Positions 8,698 through 18,650 of a stretch of 64,000 bases of DNA are shown here, in pieces. The position numbers and the translations under genes are program-made. The stretch comes from an uncultured virus (IMG/VR IMGVR_UViG_3300008954_001678) (lineage: Duplodnaviria > Heunggongvirae > Uroviricota > Caudoviricetes), in IMG/VR virus record IMGVR_UViG_3300008954_001678. One strand, given 5' to 3'. The notes beneath the pieces were generated by a model that ran no database searches, had not been told where the DNA came from, and was given only the letters and a program-made list of their open reading frames with translations. Within the stretch, counting starts at the first letter, position 1, and each line of letters starts with the position of its first letter.

Positions 8698-9429
8698 ATG
8701 AAAACAGTATTATTAATTATAACCTTCTTATTGAGTAGTTGTTATGTGTACGAAGGAACAACCACCCACCATAATCAAAGTTGTGAATTAATGGAAAGAG
8801 GACAGGCTTGTCTTTCTGACCATTCATGTTGTAAAACAGATAATGACCTATCTTATTGGAGAACCAACTATGCACCAACTGTAGGATTATATTACTATAA
8901 TAGCCTTCCTTATTGGGGATACTACAGTGGATATTACTATTATTATGGATACCGTCACATCTATCCTTGGTGGTACTATTACAATTATTTACCTTCTTAC
9001 TATTATAATGTAAATACTCATGTATATTGTCATGTAGGGACACGTGGATACGTCTACAAACCAAGAGGAAATTGGAGACACAACAATAAAAAACATTTAA
9101 CCTATCATCATGATAAGGTTCATACAACTGGACTAAACATTAAGGATAAATCTAATGTTCCAACTAAGTGGAGAAATACTAAGGTAAAGGTGAATAGGAA
9201 TAATACCACAATCGTAAAACCTAATAATTCTATTAAGATTAACACGACCAAGTCAAATACGATTAAAACTAATATAAATAAGAAGACCAACACTAATAAA
9301 TCTAATATTAGAACCAATAATAAGTCTAACATTAAAAATAATAATAGACCTAATATAAAAATTAATAATAAGTCTAATACTAGAACTAACAATCGTTCTA
9401 ATAAAACTAATATAAGAAAACCTCGTTAA
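8698..9429 (+). CDS. Putative lipoprotein with Tyr-rich core and Asn/Lys-rich tail
   Basis: Lipobox-like LLSSC after a hydrophobic stretch; low-complexity regions. Confidence 0.65.
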   Translation: MKTVLLIITFLLSSCYVYEGTTTHHNQSCELMERGQACLSDHSCCKTDNDLSYWRTNYAPTVGLYYYNSLPYWGYYSGYYYYYGYRHIYPWWYYYNYLPSYYYNVNTHVYCHVGTRGYVYKPRGNWRHNNKKHLTYHHDKVHTTGLNIKDKSNVPTKWRNTKVKVNRNNTTIVKPNNSIKINTTKSNTIKTNINKKTNTNKSNIRTNNKSNIKNNNRPNIKINNKSNTRTNNRSNKTNIRKPR

Positions 9430-9623
9430 ACTACTTTCTTATTATTATCTCTAAAATTTTTCATAATTTTATCGTGTGCATAAATCCATCGTTCACGAGT
9501 ATCTCTGTAACGATGTTTGTCTTGAGTATCCATTTGTCGTAGCTTCGCTTCAAACTTCTTTTTTAAACCATGTTTGGTTAATTCTTCGTGTATTTCGTAG
9601 ATTCTATCTTCCCAATGTCCCAT
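9426..9623 (-). CDS. Hypothetical protein
   Basis: Likely start MGHWEDR at 9623; the upstream extension overlaps a divergent gene. Confidence 0.55.
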   Translation of the reverse strand: MGHWEDRIYEIHEELTKHGLKKKFEAKLRQMDTQDKHRYRDTRERWIYAHDKIMKNFRDNNKKVV

Positions 9624-9738
9624 TTTATGTGATTTTAATTGTTTATGTATAATACTACATTTAAAATTTATTAAAATCAAATTAAAATCAGCTTGATATA
9701 TACAAATATATGCATTATAATTACACATAAATAATAAT

Positions 9739-10128
9739 ATGGAAAACCAAGGAAAAAGAAAAAACCAAGTTAAATTTAGTAGTCTCATGGCACTCATAGG
9801 ATTTTTAGGAATTGTTTTTTGTGTTGGGTGGGCATTGATTGTTGGACTTCATATACGTAAAGACGAGAGTGGTCCTACCGATACTAATTGGTTTCCTTCT
9901 ACATCAGATACAATATGTAATGATTCGTTAGAGATAAAAGAAGATGACTCAATTGCAAGTTACGATAGTTTTATAAATGTTCCAGCAGTAGAACCAGGAG
10001 GAGACAGTATAATTATGGTCGATGGAATAATGTATCAATTAAATAATAAGGAAAACACTTGGACCCCACTTTACCCTGATGAGGATGTTATGTGGATAGG
10101 TGCTGATGGGGATACCATATGGGAATAA
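9739..10128 (+). CDS. Single-pass membrane protein
   Basis: N-terminal TM helix, acidic tail. Confidence 0.65.
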   Translation: MENQGKRKNQVKFSSLMALIGFLGIVFCVGWALIVGLHIRKDESGPTDTNWFPSTSDTICNDSLEIKEDDSIASYDSFINVPAVEPGGDSIIMVDGIMYQLNNKENTWTPLYPDEDVMWIGADGDTIWE

Positions 10129-10150
10129 ATTAAAAGATTAAGAAGAAATA

Positions 10151-10348
10151 ATGAAAATACCGTTAGAAATAGGAGACGTAATCTATACTGGAAAATTTAA
10201 AAATAGAAAAACAGAAATAGAAGAGATTGGTTACGATGAACAGGGTCAACCCACAGTTAATGGGACCCCTATGTTAAAATTTAAAATAGAAAAACTTTTA
10301 CCAAGAAAAGAAAAAGTTATTGTTAAATCTACTAAAAAAAATAAATAA
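10151..10348 (+). CDS. Hypothetical protein
   Basis: 65-aa ORF in a tight operon. Confidence 0.6.
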   Translation: MKIPLEIGDVIYTGKFKNRKTEIEEIGYDEQGQPTVNGTPMLKFKIEKLLPRKEKVIVKSTKKNK

Positions 10349-10618
10349 ATGGCAAAATTAAGAAAACTTGGAGCACGTAGTAGAGCTGATAGGAGAAAAG
10401 ATGCAGAATTAAGACAAGAGGAATATAATAAACTAACACCTCAACAAAAGTTAGATAGACTACCTAGGTGTGGAGAGTCAAAAAAAGAAATAAAAAGATT
10501 AGAACATCTAATTAGATTTGGGAGAAAGATTAATGAACCAGCCACACCTTCTAAAACTAAAAAGAATAAAAATAATAAACCATCTAGAAGAGAAAGGTGG
10601 GAAAACAAAAATAGTTAA
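10349..10618 (+). CDS. Basic hypothetical protein
   Basis: 89-aa ORF abutting its neighbours. Confidence 0.65.
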   Translation: MAKLRKLGARSRADRRKDAELRQEEYNKLTPQQKLDRLPRCGESKKEIKRLEHLIRFGRKINEPATPSKTKKNKNNKPSRRERWENKNS

Positions 10619-10620
10619 TT

Positions 10621-11049
10621 ATGAAAGTAAATATAGATACAGATAAAGGAACAATGACAGCAACTTTATATGACACAGCAACACCTAAGACTGTCGAGAA
10701 TTTTTTAAATCTTATTAAAAAAGATTTCTATAAAGATTTAACTTTTCATCGAGTTATTCCTGAATTCATGGTACAAGGTGGATGTCCTAATGGTGACGGA
10801 AGAGGAGGTCCAGGATATACAATAGATTGTGAGGTAGACGGTGACCAACAATATCATGATAAAGGAGTATTATCCATGGCTCATGCTGGAAGAAACACAG
10901 GAGGCTCACAATTTTTTATATGCCACAATAGACATAACACCCAACACCTAGATGGGAATCATACATGTTTTGGTAAAGTAGACGTTGGACTCGAAGTATT
11001 GGACCAAATTAAAGGTGGAGATAAATTTACAATAAAGTTAGTGGAGTAG
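10621..11049 (+). CDS. Cyclophilin-type peptidyl-prolyl isomerase
   Basis: FHRVIPEFMVQGG, SMAHAGRNTGGSQFFI, HLDGNHTCFG. Confidence 0.95.
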   Translation: MKVNIDTDKGTMTATLYDTATPKTVENFLNLIKKDFYKDLTFHRVIPEFMVQGGCPNGDGRGGPGYTIDCEVDGDQQYHDKGVLSMAHAGRNTGGSQFFICHNRHNTQHLDGNHTCFGKVDVGLEVLDQIKGGDKFTIKLVE

Positions 11050-11495
11050 TGGTAAATAAAATCCTTACATATATATCGAAAACCGCTCAATCTCTAGCGT
11101 CTCAAAATATTCTAACAGTAATATCTAATAATAAAGCTAAGGTTCTATGGGGGATAATTGGGATTATGGCAATCGTCACCTTTATAGATACCCTCCAACG
11201 AGGTAGTTGTGTTGACTGCTATACCTTAGAAAGTCTCCAACAAACGAATATTTTAAATCCTGAAGATTTTGGTGATAATTTAATGGACAAAGAAATTGGT
11301 AATACAAATGTGAGTGAGTGGAGAAAAACTAAACAATATGTTCCCTTTACTAATGTAGGGGAATTTATTAAAGTTTGGTTAATAAATTTCTTACCTACAG
11401 CTATTTTAGTTATAGGTTTGTATTTTTTCGTTTACTTTATATTTGTGTTTATAAAGAATAAAATAAAAAATAGAATTAAAAAAATAAAATTATAA
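11049..11495 (+). CDS. Membrane protein
   Basis: Two hydrophobic helices. Confidence 0.55.
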   Translation: MVNKILTYISKTAQSLASQNILTVISNNKAKVLWGIIGIMAIVTFIDTLQRGSCVDCYTLESLQQTNILNPEDFGDNLMDKEIGNTNVSEWRKTKQYVPFTNVGEFIKVWLINFLPTAILVIGLYFFVYFIFVFIKNKIKNRIKKIKL

Positions 11496-11497
11496 TT

Positions 11498-11971
11498 ATG
11501 ACAGAAACTAATTTACAGAATAAAGAAATTGTAATGTATACCATGGGCAGTTGTGCGTTCTGTGCACAATTAAAAAAAGTCCTCAAGGAAAATAATATTA
11601 CTTTTATAGAAAAAGATTCTCAAGAATACTCAGACGAATGGGAACATATTAAAGCAATTACTCTTGTTCCAGTTTTCCCCACTATCTATATGGACGGGGA
11701 ATACCTTGTACCTCGAAGAGATTTTCAAAACGTACAACATGGATTAGAAGTAATTCAAACTAGATTAAGTGAAGGATGGACACAACCCTCAGTGGAGATT
11801 AGGTTGTTAGAAGGTATTAAAACTTTGAACGGAGGACTTAATATGATGGGACAAAATTTCCCACCAATACAACAACACTTACAAAAAATCAATGAGAGTT
11901 TAGCAGGATTAGAGTTAGCTTCTGAAAAACTCCAGAATCCTGGAGACCCAGAACCCACTATAGACAAATAA
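11498..11971 (+). CDS. Glutaredoxin-like protein with C-terminal extension
   Basis: YTMGSCAFC (CxxC) and VFPTIYMDG. Confidence 0.8.
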   Translation: MTETNLQNKEIVMYTMGSCAFCAQLKKVLKENNITFIEKDSQEYSDEWEHIKAITLVPVFPTIYMDGEYLVPRRDFQNVQHGLEVIQTRLSEGWTQPSVEIRLLEGIKTLNGGLNMMGQNFPPIQQHLQKINESLAGLELASEKLQNPGDPEPTIDK

Positions 11972-11998
11972 AATAAATTATACCTAACCTAATTAAAA

Positions 11999-12427
11999 AT
12001 GATATATTGGTTTACAGGTCAACCTGGCTCAGGTAAGACCACCTTGGCAACCGCCATGATAGAAGAATGTAAGGGCACTTGTGTTCATGTAGACGGAGAT
12101 GGTCTTAGAGACTTATTCCAAAATTTTGATTACACCCCTGAAGGAAGAAAAAAGAATATACAATCTGTAGTGGATTTATGTAGGTTCTTAGATAGTAAAG
12201 GATTTATTACAGTAGTGTCTGTGGTAGCTCCTTATAAAGAAATGAGAGATTCTTTAAAGAAAACTAATGAGGTAACTGAAATATATGTTCACACTACTGA
12301 AACTAGAGGGAGAGAAAATTATTTTGCGAAAGATTATGAACCACCAGTAAATAATTTCATTGATATGGACACTACAAATATCTCTATTAAAGATTGTTTA
12401 GATAAAATAGATTTCCCAAGAAGATGA
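11999..12427 (+). CDS. cysC: Adenylyl-sulfate kinase
   Basis: WFTGQPGSGKTT, DGDGLR, VAPY..MR, YEPP. Confidence 0.88.
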   Translation: MIYWFTGQPGSGKTTLATAMIEECKGTCVHVDGDGLRDLFQNFDYTPEGRKKNIQSVVDLCRFLDSKGFITVVSVVAPYKEMRDSLKKTNEVTEIYVHTTETRGRENYFAKDYEPPVNNFIDMDTTNISIKDCLDKIDFPRR

Positions 12428-12774
12428 AATATTCACTATTTATAGGACGTTGGCAACCCTGGCATGAAGGACACCAATGGTTAATCGACCAAAGATTAAA
12501 AGAAGGAAAAAATGTCTGCATAGCGATACGAGATGTAGAAACGAATGAAAATCAACCCTGGAAGGCCCATGAAATTGAAGAAAATCTTAACACTAGATTT
12601 AAAAAAGAAATAGAAGAAGAAAGAATAAAGGTAATAATCATTCCAGATATTGAATCGGTTAACTATGGAAGAGGAGTAGGATATGATATTATAGAACATG
12701 TACCACCCCAACAAGTTAAAGAAATATCTGCAACTAAGATACGTCAACAATTAAAAGAAGAAGGTAAATTATAA
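12424..12774 (+). CDS. HxGH (cytidylyltransferase-like) nucleotidyltransferase
   Basis: FIGRWQPWHEGH ... ISATKIR; overlaps the cysC stop. Confidence 0.8.
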   Translation: MKYSLFIGRWQPWHEGHQWLIDQRLKEGKNVCIAIRDVETNENQPWKAHEIEENLNTRFKKEIEEERIKVIIIPDIESVNYGRGVGYDIIEHVPPQQVKEISATKIRQQLKEEGKL

Positions 12775-12778
12775 AAAA

Positions 12779-13054
12779 ATGAAACTTAGAAAAGGAAAAC
12801 CACATTTAGTTAGTAGGAAAAGACACATACTTAAAACAATTACCTGGAGAGTAGTGGGTACGTTAGACACAATGCTATTAGGATGGTTAGTAAGTGGAGA
12901 CCCAATGATAGGATTAAAAGTAGGTGCATTAGAATTATTTACAAAAATGATACTTTATTATTTTCATGAAAGAGCCTGGTATAATTTTGGATTGGGAATA
13001 CCAAAAAGAAAATTATTTAATAAATTAAAAGAGAAAAATGGAAACCATCAGTAA
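12779..13054 (+). CDS. DUF2061-like membrane protein
   Basis: KTITWRVVGTLDT...YYFHERAW. Confidence 0.8.
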   Translation: MKLRKGKPHLVSRKRHILKTITWRVVGTLDTMLLGWLVSGDPMIGLKVGALELFTKMILYYFHERAWYNFGLGIPKRKLFNKLKEKNGNHQ

Positions 13055-13244
13055 TTTAGATTTTAAAAAAGATTTTAAGAAATTAAAAAAAGTAATAACT
13101 CATAGAGATAATGAGTACTTACATTTAAGGAATATAACTAACTATATAAATTTGTTTTTTAAAAAATGGAATGCCTTTATATCACCAACTCATGAAAATC
13201 AAATTATTCTATTACAAAATGACTTGGTAAAAAGACTAACCTAA
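13038..13244 (+). CDS. Hypothetical protein
   Basis: 68-aa ORF. Confidence 0.5.
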   Translation: METISNLDFKKDFKKLKKVITHRDNEYLHLRNITNYINLFFKKWNAFISPTHENQIILLQNDLVKRLT

Positions 13245-13268
13245 GTTCCTCACCAACTATTTATTAAT

Positions 13269-13490
13269 ATGATTAATGAAAAGAAAGAGGACCACCTTAT
13301 AAATAAAATAATCACTCACGTAGAGTCTGGAATTTTAAATGATAAAAAAGATTTAAAATTATATGGTATTACAGACCATAAATTACAAGAAGACGTAATA
13401 TGGGGAATACTAGAAAATCAACTTCTAACCAACAACTCCAATACTAAATCTAATATTATAAGAAAATTCTACAGGTCTAATCTTATGTAG
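13269..13490 (+). CDS. Hypothetical protein
   Basis: 73-aa ORF with TATTTAT upstream. Confidence 0.55.
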   Translation: MINEKKEDHLINKIITHVESGILNDKKDLKLYGITDHKLQEDVIWGILENQLLTNNSNTKSNIIRKFYRSNLM

Positions 13491-13498
13491 AAAAAATA

Positions 13499-13505
13499 TA
13501 TTTAT
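13499..13505 (+). promoter_or_regulatory. TATTTAT putative phage late-promoter motif (representative copy)
   Basis: Recurs within about 4-35 nt upstream of starts at 13511, 18651, 19610, 37104, 38421, 40832, 46821, 48744, 49391, 53127, 54769, 56492, 58495, 60389, 62182, 63361. Confidence 0.65.
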
Positions 13506-13510
13506 TAATA

Positions 13511-16500
13511 ATGAATACCTCTGTTAAAAATATACTAAAAGAAGAAGTGAAAGACTCACCAAGGCGTCCGACTATAGAAGATATACAAAATATAATAGAT
13601 AAAGTATATCCACACATAGTCACTAATCTAGGACCAAGTAAATATAATGAAGAAATTCCCCCAGTAGAAATTTGGAATGATATCTACGCTAGATATAGTG
13701 GAATTCCCGAGATGAGAGGAGAAGCGAGTAAGAAGACCAAAGCGGAATGGGTCTACGAAGACAATACCATTTATGTATATCACCTTAATATGGTAGATGT
13801 AGAAGACATAATAAGGTCATTACTACATGAGTATACCCATTCACTACAAGATGAAGAAAAACGTGAAGAAAATCGCCAACTAGGATATGAGAATGACCCA
13901 GATGAAATAGGTGCACACGCAGCTGAAGAAGATTGGGAAGACTATCTTATATACCTTACCGACACCCCTAAACAAAATATAACTGAACAAATAGATGCCA
14001 GTAATGGTTTTACACCCCAATTAATAGCGGTCCTAAAATATATATTCACCCTCTATCCAACTACACAAACTGATGCAAGTAAGTTTACTCTTAAAATGCA
14101 AGATTTATTCAGTAATGATGCACTTGTTTATAATGTACTCTATGTTATTCTAGTTTACAATAAAAATGAAGGGGGATTTGGAAATCTTGAGGAGGTGGTT
14201 AACACTTTAAAACCTGAGGAATACCGTATCACAAATTTATATCAGTACTATCTGAACTATAAGGAGGACTATACCAGTTATGAAGAAGAGGAAGAATGTG
14301 TGGATGGTTATGGTGAACATACTGGTGATGAATGTGAGTGTGAAAATTGGGAGGAAATTGTTATAGAGGATGAAGATGGTGATGAGGAAAGAATTCCATG
14401 TGATGAGGCCGATGAAGACCAATTAGAAAGTATAGGTTGGGATATGGATGATTGTGAATGTGAAGCTTGGGAATATAAAGAAGTAGAATGGTTTTACTAC
14501 GAGGAAACAAGAAAAGATATTTTAACTTATATAGATTTAACATATGGGGGTACTGAAGAGTTACGGGACTATTATAGTATTAGTGATATAGACCACGAGT
14601 TAAATGATGAAGGGGTTGTAACTCTCTGGGAGGATACGGAAGCAATAGATGACGATAGACAAACTTGGGAGTATTTTCCCGATAGTGAAGGTGGAGAGAT
14701 AGGGGATTTCTTTATTGATGGAGAGTGGGAAAAATCTGACATAGTAGATTTGATAACTACTTTCACTAATAAGTTAACTAAGAAAGAATCTTTAAATGAA
14801 CAAGACGAACAAGTAAGTTTGTTCCCTTATGGAGAGTGGGAATTCCCTGTAGGTTGGGAAGACGACGATGATTATATTTCAGAAGTAAAACATCATGTAC
14901 CTGAAAAACTATTCCAAAAGATTTTTAATATATGGGATGAAAACGGTATAGACTTTTCAATATTCAAATTACTAGGAATACCTGCCGATACTGTGGTCCA
15001 CACTTATGTGTTGAAACGATACATTCAAAATACCAAGAAACCTATTCCAGTTTCTTATACATTTGATTGTAATGATTTAAAAGAGTTATTCGATAGAAAT
15101 AATAGGGATTATGATTTGGGGTATATTGAAGACTATCTCTGTGGGAATGATTCATTTTGGGACCATAGCGATTGGTATAATTATGAATGGGAGGATTATA
15201 TGACCGACCAGATTGATGAAAATAATTGGAAAACTATAAGTGAAATTTTTGGAGGTGTATCTCAGTCAGTCGCAGAAGATATGTTAAACGAAAAGTCTTC
15301 TAGTGAAGAAGTTGATGAATTAATAGAAAAATATCAAGAAGATATAAATGACATTCAAAGCTTTATAGTGTGGGCACACAATGATGAACATGAATACGCT
15401 ATTAAAAATGCTATGGCTCAGGATATAGAAGATAAACTAGCGGAACACTTCCAACACGAAGGACAGTTACATACAGATAATAAGGGAAGTAAGAGTTGGA
15501 CCATTGAAGGAGATTTAAGAGATTATGTAAATGACGAATGGGACAATACCGACACATTCCAATATCATCCAGACTATGCCAGTCAACCAATAGAAGATTG
15601 GTTATTAGATACAACTATAACTAATAAAACTCCCCAGTATATTTTTAGTGAATTAATGGATGAAGAATATAGATTCTGGGATTACTGTGAGGGAAAACGA
15701 GGAGACTGTTTAGAGGTAGACACAAGATACTTTGACGGATATTGGTATCCCGATATTGATATTAATAATAGTTTAGCAGATAGATTGAGTGAACTACAGT
15801 ATGAACCAACAGTAACAACCCCAGAAGGTGAAACCAAACCTTTAAATGAAGCTCAACTAGATAAGGATGGTAACGATTTAGAATCTGGGTTAGACCAATA
15901 TGATGGATATACGGAAACAACTCCTTTTACACCAACCGAAGTTAGAGTACTAAACTATATAGCAAGTAAGTGGGCTATGGAAGACCTGAAAGAGATAGTC
16001 AACACGGATGAAACTCAAATCAGTGTCGAGTTAACAACACCGTGGAAAGACACTGTAAAATTATTTGGAGAACGAGTACAGTCAGATGAAGATTACGCAA
16101 AAAGTACGAGATTTGCAAAATGGATAATAGATAATCACAAGGAAGCAGGAGGAGAAGATTTCGATGACGACTCTTTAGATTTTGGAAGAGTAACCAATCC
16201 AATAAAAGCGTGGCCTTCATTATTCTCAGTACGCGGTCGCGAGAGTGGATGGGAAAAGACATATAGAGAGGGAACCATATATATCCCAGCATGGGATAAA
16301 GATGACGCAATGGATAAGGCTTCTGAAGCATGGTGGGACTACGACCCTGATATGGAAACCGTAGACTACGGGGACTATGAAAGTGATGACTTTGAGATAG
16401 ACGATGCAGAACATGATGAGATTCTTAAAGAAGGGAAAATCACTCCAATCGACACTAAAGAAGTTAGTCCAGACTTAGAAATTGGTGACAGAATAATGGT

Positions 16501-17827
16501 ATGGGACTTAACCCCAGACCCTGCACCTCCAGGAGGGTTAGACCGTGATGTAGAGATACCAAGAACTCTTATTGGGATAGTAACAGATTCATTAGATGAT
16601 GATGAAATAGATTTAGAGTCTTTTAGAGGAGGAATTAAATATATGGTAAGAGATGATAGTAGTGGGGAGGAATACGGTTTATATAGAGGAGCGGATGGTT
16701 ATAGTGAACCTTATCTCGATAGAGATAAATGGGTTAAGTTACCTAAAAAAACATTGACAGAGATAAAAAATAATGTGGATTATTATATGAGGTTAAGTGA
16801 AAATGTATATCCTTTTATGGTCAATAAATTAAAAAATTCTAACACTGTAACCCCTAAACAATTAGACGAGTATATTACGTTATATAAAGAAAGTTGTAAT
16901 GTTAATAATAAATTCTTAATTATTAATAGGGAGAAATTAGTGGATAATCTAGAGAGTGAAGGAATAAAAATAGAATTTCCACTTATTAAAGAACACGGTA
17001 CCTTCCCTACTGATAATGAAGATGATTCTTCTATTAATATTCCTGATTGGATGACTAAATTTTTGGTGACAGCTCTTTTCTTTCATCCAGGGGGATGGGG
17101 AGTACCACCTAAGAGATTTAGAGTATTCATGAAACCCAATGGTGAAGTAGTTAAAACGGATATGGGGGCGTCTACTAATCGGTCAGATATTCCAGAACAA
17201 TTTAGAGTAGGGAAAAGTGTAACCTTTGGAGACTTATTAAATTTTGAGAATAATAGTAAATGGGATTTAAGAATGAAAGGAAGACTAAGAGAATCATATA
17301 TTAACCCTAATAAGACTAAACTAACAGAGACCATTTCATCCAAAATTGAAATGACAGCACAAAAGAATCACTATTTAAGGAGAATATTAAAAGAACAAAG
17401 AGAGGACTCTGTGGAAGAATTATTAAGATTAGCAAGAGAAACCAAAAAAGGATGGATGGCAGGACCAGGAAGAAAAAAAGTATTTGAATTTCTTAATAAA
17501 TTAAGAGAAAGTGGACTAGTAAATATGTACCAGTCACCAGATTTTCTATGGTCAGGTTCTGTATGGTTAAGAAAATATATAGATTTACACCATCCTGAAT
17601 ACCTCGAACCTATAGACGAATACGAGGACGATAATATTAATATAAAACAGAAGGAAACTATACAATACCTTCTAGATAATGCAGATTCAGTGAGAGATGT
17701 GATAATTTCTAATATTCTAGCCAAATCAGAGGAAGAAGGAATTACCGATATTAATCACCAAAGTAGAATGATGAGAGGAGCAGCAAAAGATATGTTTAAA
17801 TTGTGGGCTCAATATTTTGCCAGTTAA
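13511..17827 (+). CDS. 1438-aa acidic multidomain (polyvalent-type) protein with N-terminal HExxH metallopeptidase-like domain
   Basis: LLHEYTHSLQ...E; Cys/Glu-rich insert; modules shared with 22374..31034; segments separated by ITEQ, LNEQ, LNEA, LKEG, LTEI, IKEH, LKEQ. Confidence 0.8.
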   Translation: MNTSVKNILKEEVKDSPRRPTIEDIQNIIDKVYPHIVTNLGPSKYNEEIPPVEIWNDIYARYSGIPEMRGEASKKTKAEWVYEDNTIYVYHLNMVDVEDIIRSLLHEYTHSLQDEEKREENRQLGYENDPDEIGAHAAEEDWEDYLIYLTDTPKQNITEQIDASNGFTPQLIAVLKYIFTLYPTTQTDASKFTLKMQDLFSNDALVYNVLYVILVYNKNEGGFGNLEEVVNTLKPEEYRITNLYQYYLNYKEDYTSYEEEEECVDGYGEHTGDECECENWEEIVIEDEDGDEERIPCDEADEDQLESIGWDMDDCECEAWEYKEVEWFYYEETRKDILTYIDLTYGGTEELRDYYSISDIDHELNDEGVVTLWEDTEAIDDDRQTWEYFPDSEGGEIGDFFIDGEWEKSDIVDLITTFTNKLTKKESLNEQDEQVSLFPYGEWEFPVGWEDDDDYISEVKHHVPEKLFQKIFNIWDENGIDFSIFKLLGIPADTVVHTYVLKRYIQNTKKPIPVSYTFDCNDLKELFDRNNRDYDLGYIEDYLCGNDSFWDHSDWYNYEWEDYMTDQIDENNWKTISEIFGGVSQSVAEDMLNEKSSSEEVDELIEKYQEDINDIQSFIVWAHNDEHEYAIKNAMAQDIEDKLAEHFQHEGQLHTDNKGSKSWTIEGDLRDYVNDEWDNTDTFQYHPDYASQPIEDWLLDTTITNKTPQYIFSELMDEEYRFWDYCEGKRGDCLEVDTRYFDGYWYPDIDINNSLADRLSELQYEPTVTTPEGETKPLNEAQLDKDGNDLESGLDQYDGYTETTPFTPTEVRVLNYIASKWAMEDLKEIVNTDETQISVELTTPWKDTVKLFGERVQSDEDYAKSTRFAKWIIDNHKEAGGEDFDDDSLDFGRVTNPIKAWPSLFSVRGRESGWEKTYREGTIYIPAWDKDDAMDKASEAWWDYDPDMETVDYGDYESDDFEIDDAEHDEILKEGKITPIDTKEVSPDLEIGDRIMVWDLTPDPAPPGGLDRDVEIPRTLIGIVTDSLDDDEIDLESFRGGIKYMVRDDSSGEEYGLYRGADGYSEPYLDRDKWVKLPKKTLTEIKNNVDYYMRLSENVYPFMVNKLKNSNTVTPKQLDEYITLYKESCNVNNKFLIINREKLVDNLESEGIKIEFPLIKEHGTFPTDNEDDSSINIPDWMTKFLVTALFFHPGGWGVPPKRFRVFMKPNGEVVKTDMGASTNRSDIPEQFRVGKSVTFGDLLNFENNSKWDLRMKGRLRESYINPNKTKLTETISSKIEMTAQKNHYLRRILKEQREDSVEELLRLARETKKGWMAGPGRKKVFEFLNKLRESGLVNMYQSPDFLWSGSVWLRKYIDLHHPEYLEPIDEYEDDNINIKQKETIQYLLDNADSVRDVIISNILAKSEEEGITDINHQSRMMRGAAKDMFKLWAQYFAS

Positions 17828-17850
17828 AAAAAATTTCTTATATTTGTATT

Positions 17851-18153
17851 ATGTTTGAAAGAAAAAACAACAACCCAATCGATAACGTAACCTGGAAAGG
17901 AGTACTTCTTTATCTTCATCATTATGTAAATGAGAAGATTGTAGATATTATCCGCAGTAAAGATATGACTGAATCGGACTCAATCACTTTATTAGGTATA
18001 AAGGAAAATGATATTTATAAAGCAAGAAGAAAGTATTTGTCCGCACACGGAGTAAATGTTTTTAGTGAAGATGATTTATATGCAGGACCACTAGAAAGAT
18101 ACACAGACGGAAGAAGTTGGGTGACATTTATAAACAACGCGAGAGTAGCTTAA
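17851..18153 (+). CDS. Hypothetical protein
   Basis: ATG 17851 lies 4 nt after TTTG-19-TATATTTG; the 3' end overlaps a tRNA. Confidence 0.6.
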   Translation: MFERKNNNPIDNVTWKGVLLYLHHYVNEKIVDIIRSKDMTESDSITLLGIKENDIYKARRKYLSAHGVNVFSEDDLYAGPLERYTDGRSWVTFINNARVA

Positions 18154-18216
18154 TTTGGTTTAAAAAAGCGATATACATCCAGTATGTAGATGGTGGTTCG
18201 ATTCCACCCTCCCGCT
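18139..18216 (+). tRNA. Degenerate tRNA-Gly (UCC)
   Basis: GCGAGAG/CTCCCGC acceptor (one mismatch) with U discriminator; ATATA-CATCCAG-TATGT anticodon arm (A33); GGTGG-TTCGATT-CCACC T arm. Confidence 0.7.
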
Positions 18217-18333
18217 CTAAAATTAAAAACAAATGGGAATTATACTAATAATCATATTACTTCTAATCATCTGGAAACCACTTTGGTACGGCACTAAAAA
18301 AGAAAGAGAAAAATTTGGAAGAGATTAATAATT

Positions 18334-18357
18334 AAAAGACCTTAACGGGTCTTTTTT
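18334..18357 (+). terminator. Intrinsic terminator
   Basis: AAAAGACCT-TAAC-GGGTCTTTTTT. Confidence 0.75.
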
Positions 18358-18375
18358 ATTTTATATTTATATAAT

Positions 18376-18633
18376 ATGGAAGATTCAGAAAATAAAAAAA
18401 AATTACTGGAAATGTTCAGGGATAGACATGCGGAATGGGCATATGAAACCTGGGCTTATATACGAGATTATGGGCCTGAGAAATGGACAGAGGGTTACGT
18501 ACTCTCCCACCAAGATAAACTAGACCAATTGGATAGTTTAATTGAATATTTTGAGGTTGAAGAAGAATACGAAATTTGTCAATATCTTCTAGGTGTTAAA
18601 GAAACAACCAATAAGAACAAATATATGCTGTAA
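18376..18633 (+). CDS. Hypothetical protein with C-terminal YFExxEEYExC motif
   Basis: Motif shared with 45017..45268. Confidence 0.65.
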   Translation: MEDSENKKKLLEMFRDRHAEWAYETWAYIRDYGPEKWTEGYVLSHQDKLDQLDSLIEYFEVEEEYEICQYLLGVKETTNKNKYML

Positions 18634-18650
18634 GTGAGATATTTATAATC

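Noticed and set aside
9120..9392. Minus-strand Leu/Val-rich membrane ORF
   Set aside because: Antisense shadow of the Asn/Lys-rich tail of 8698..9429
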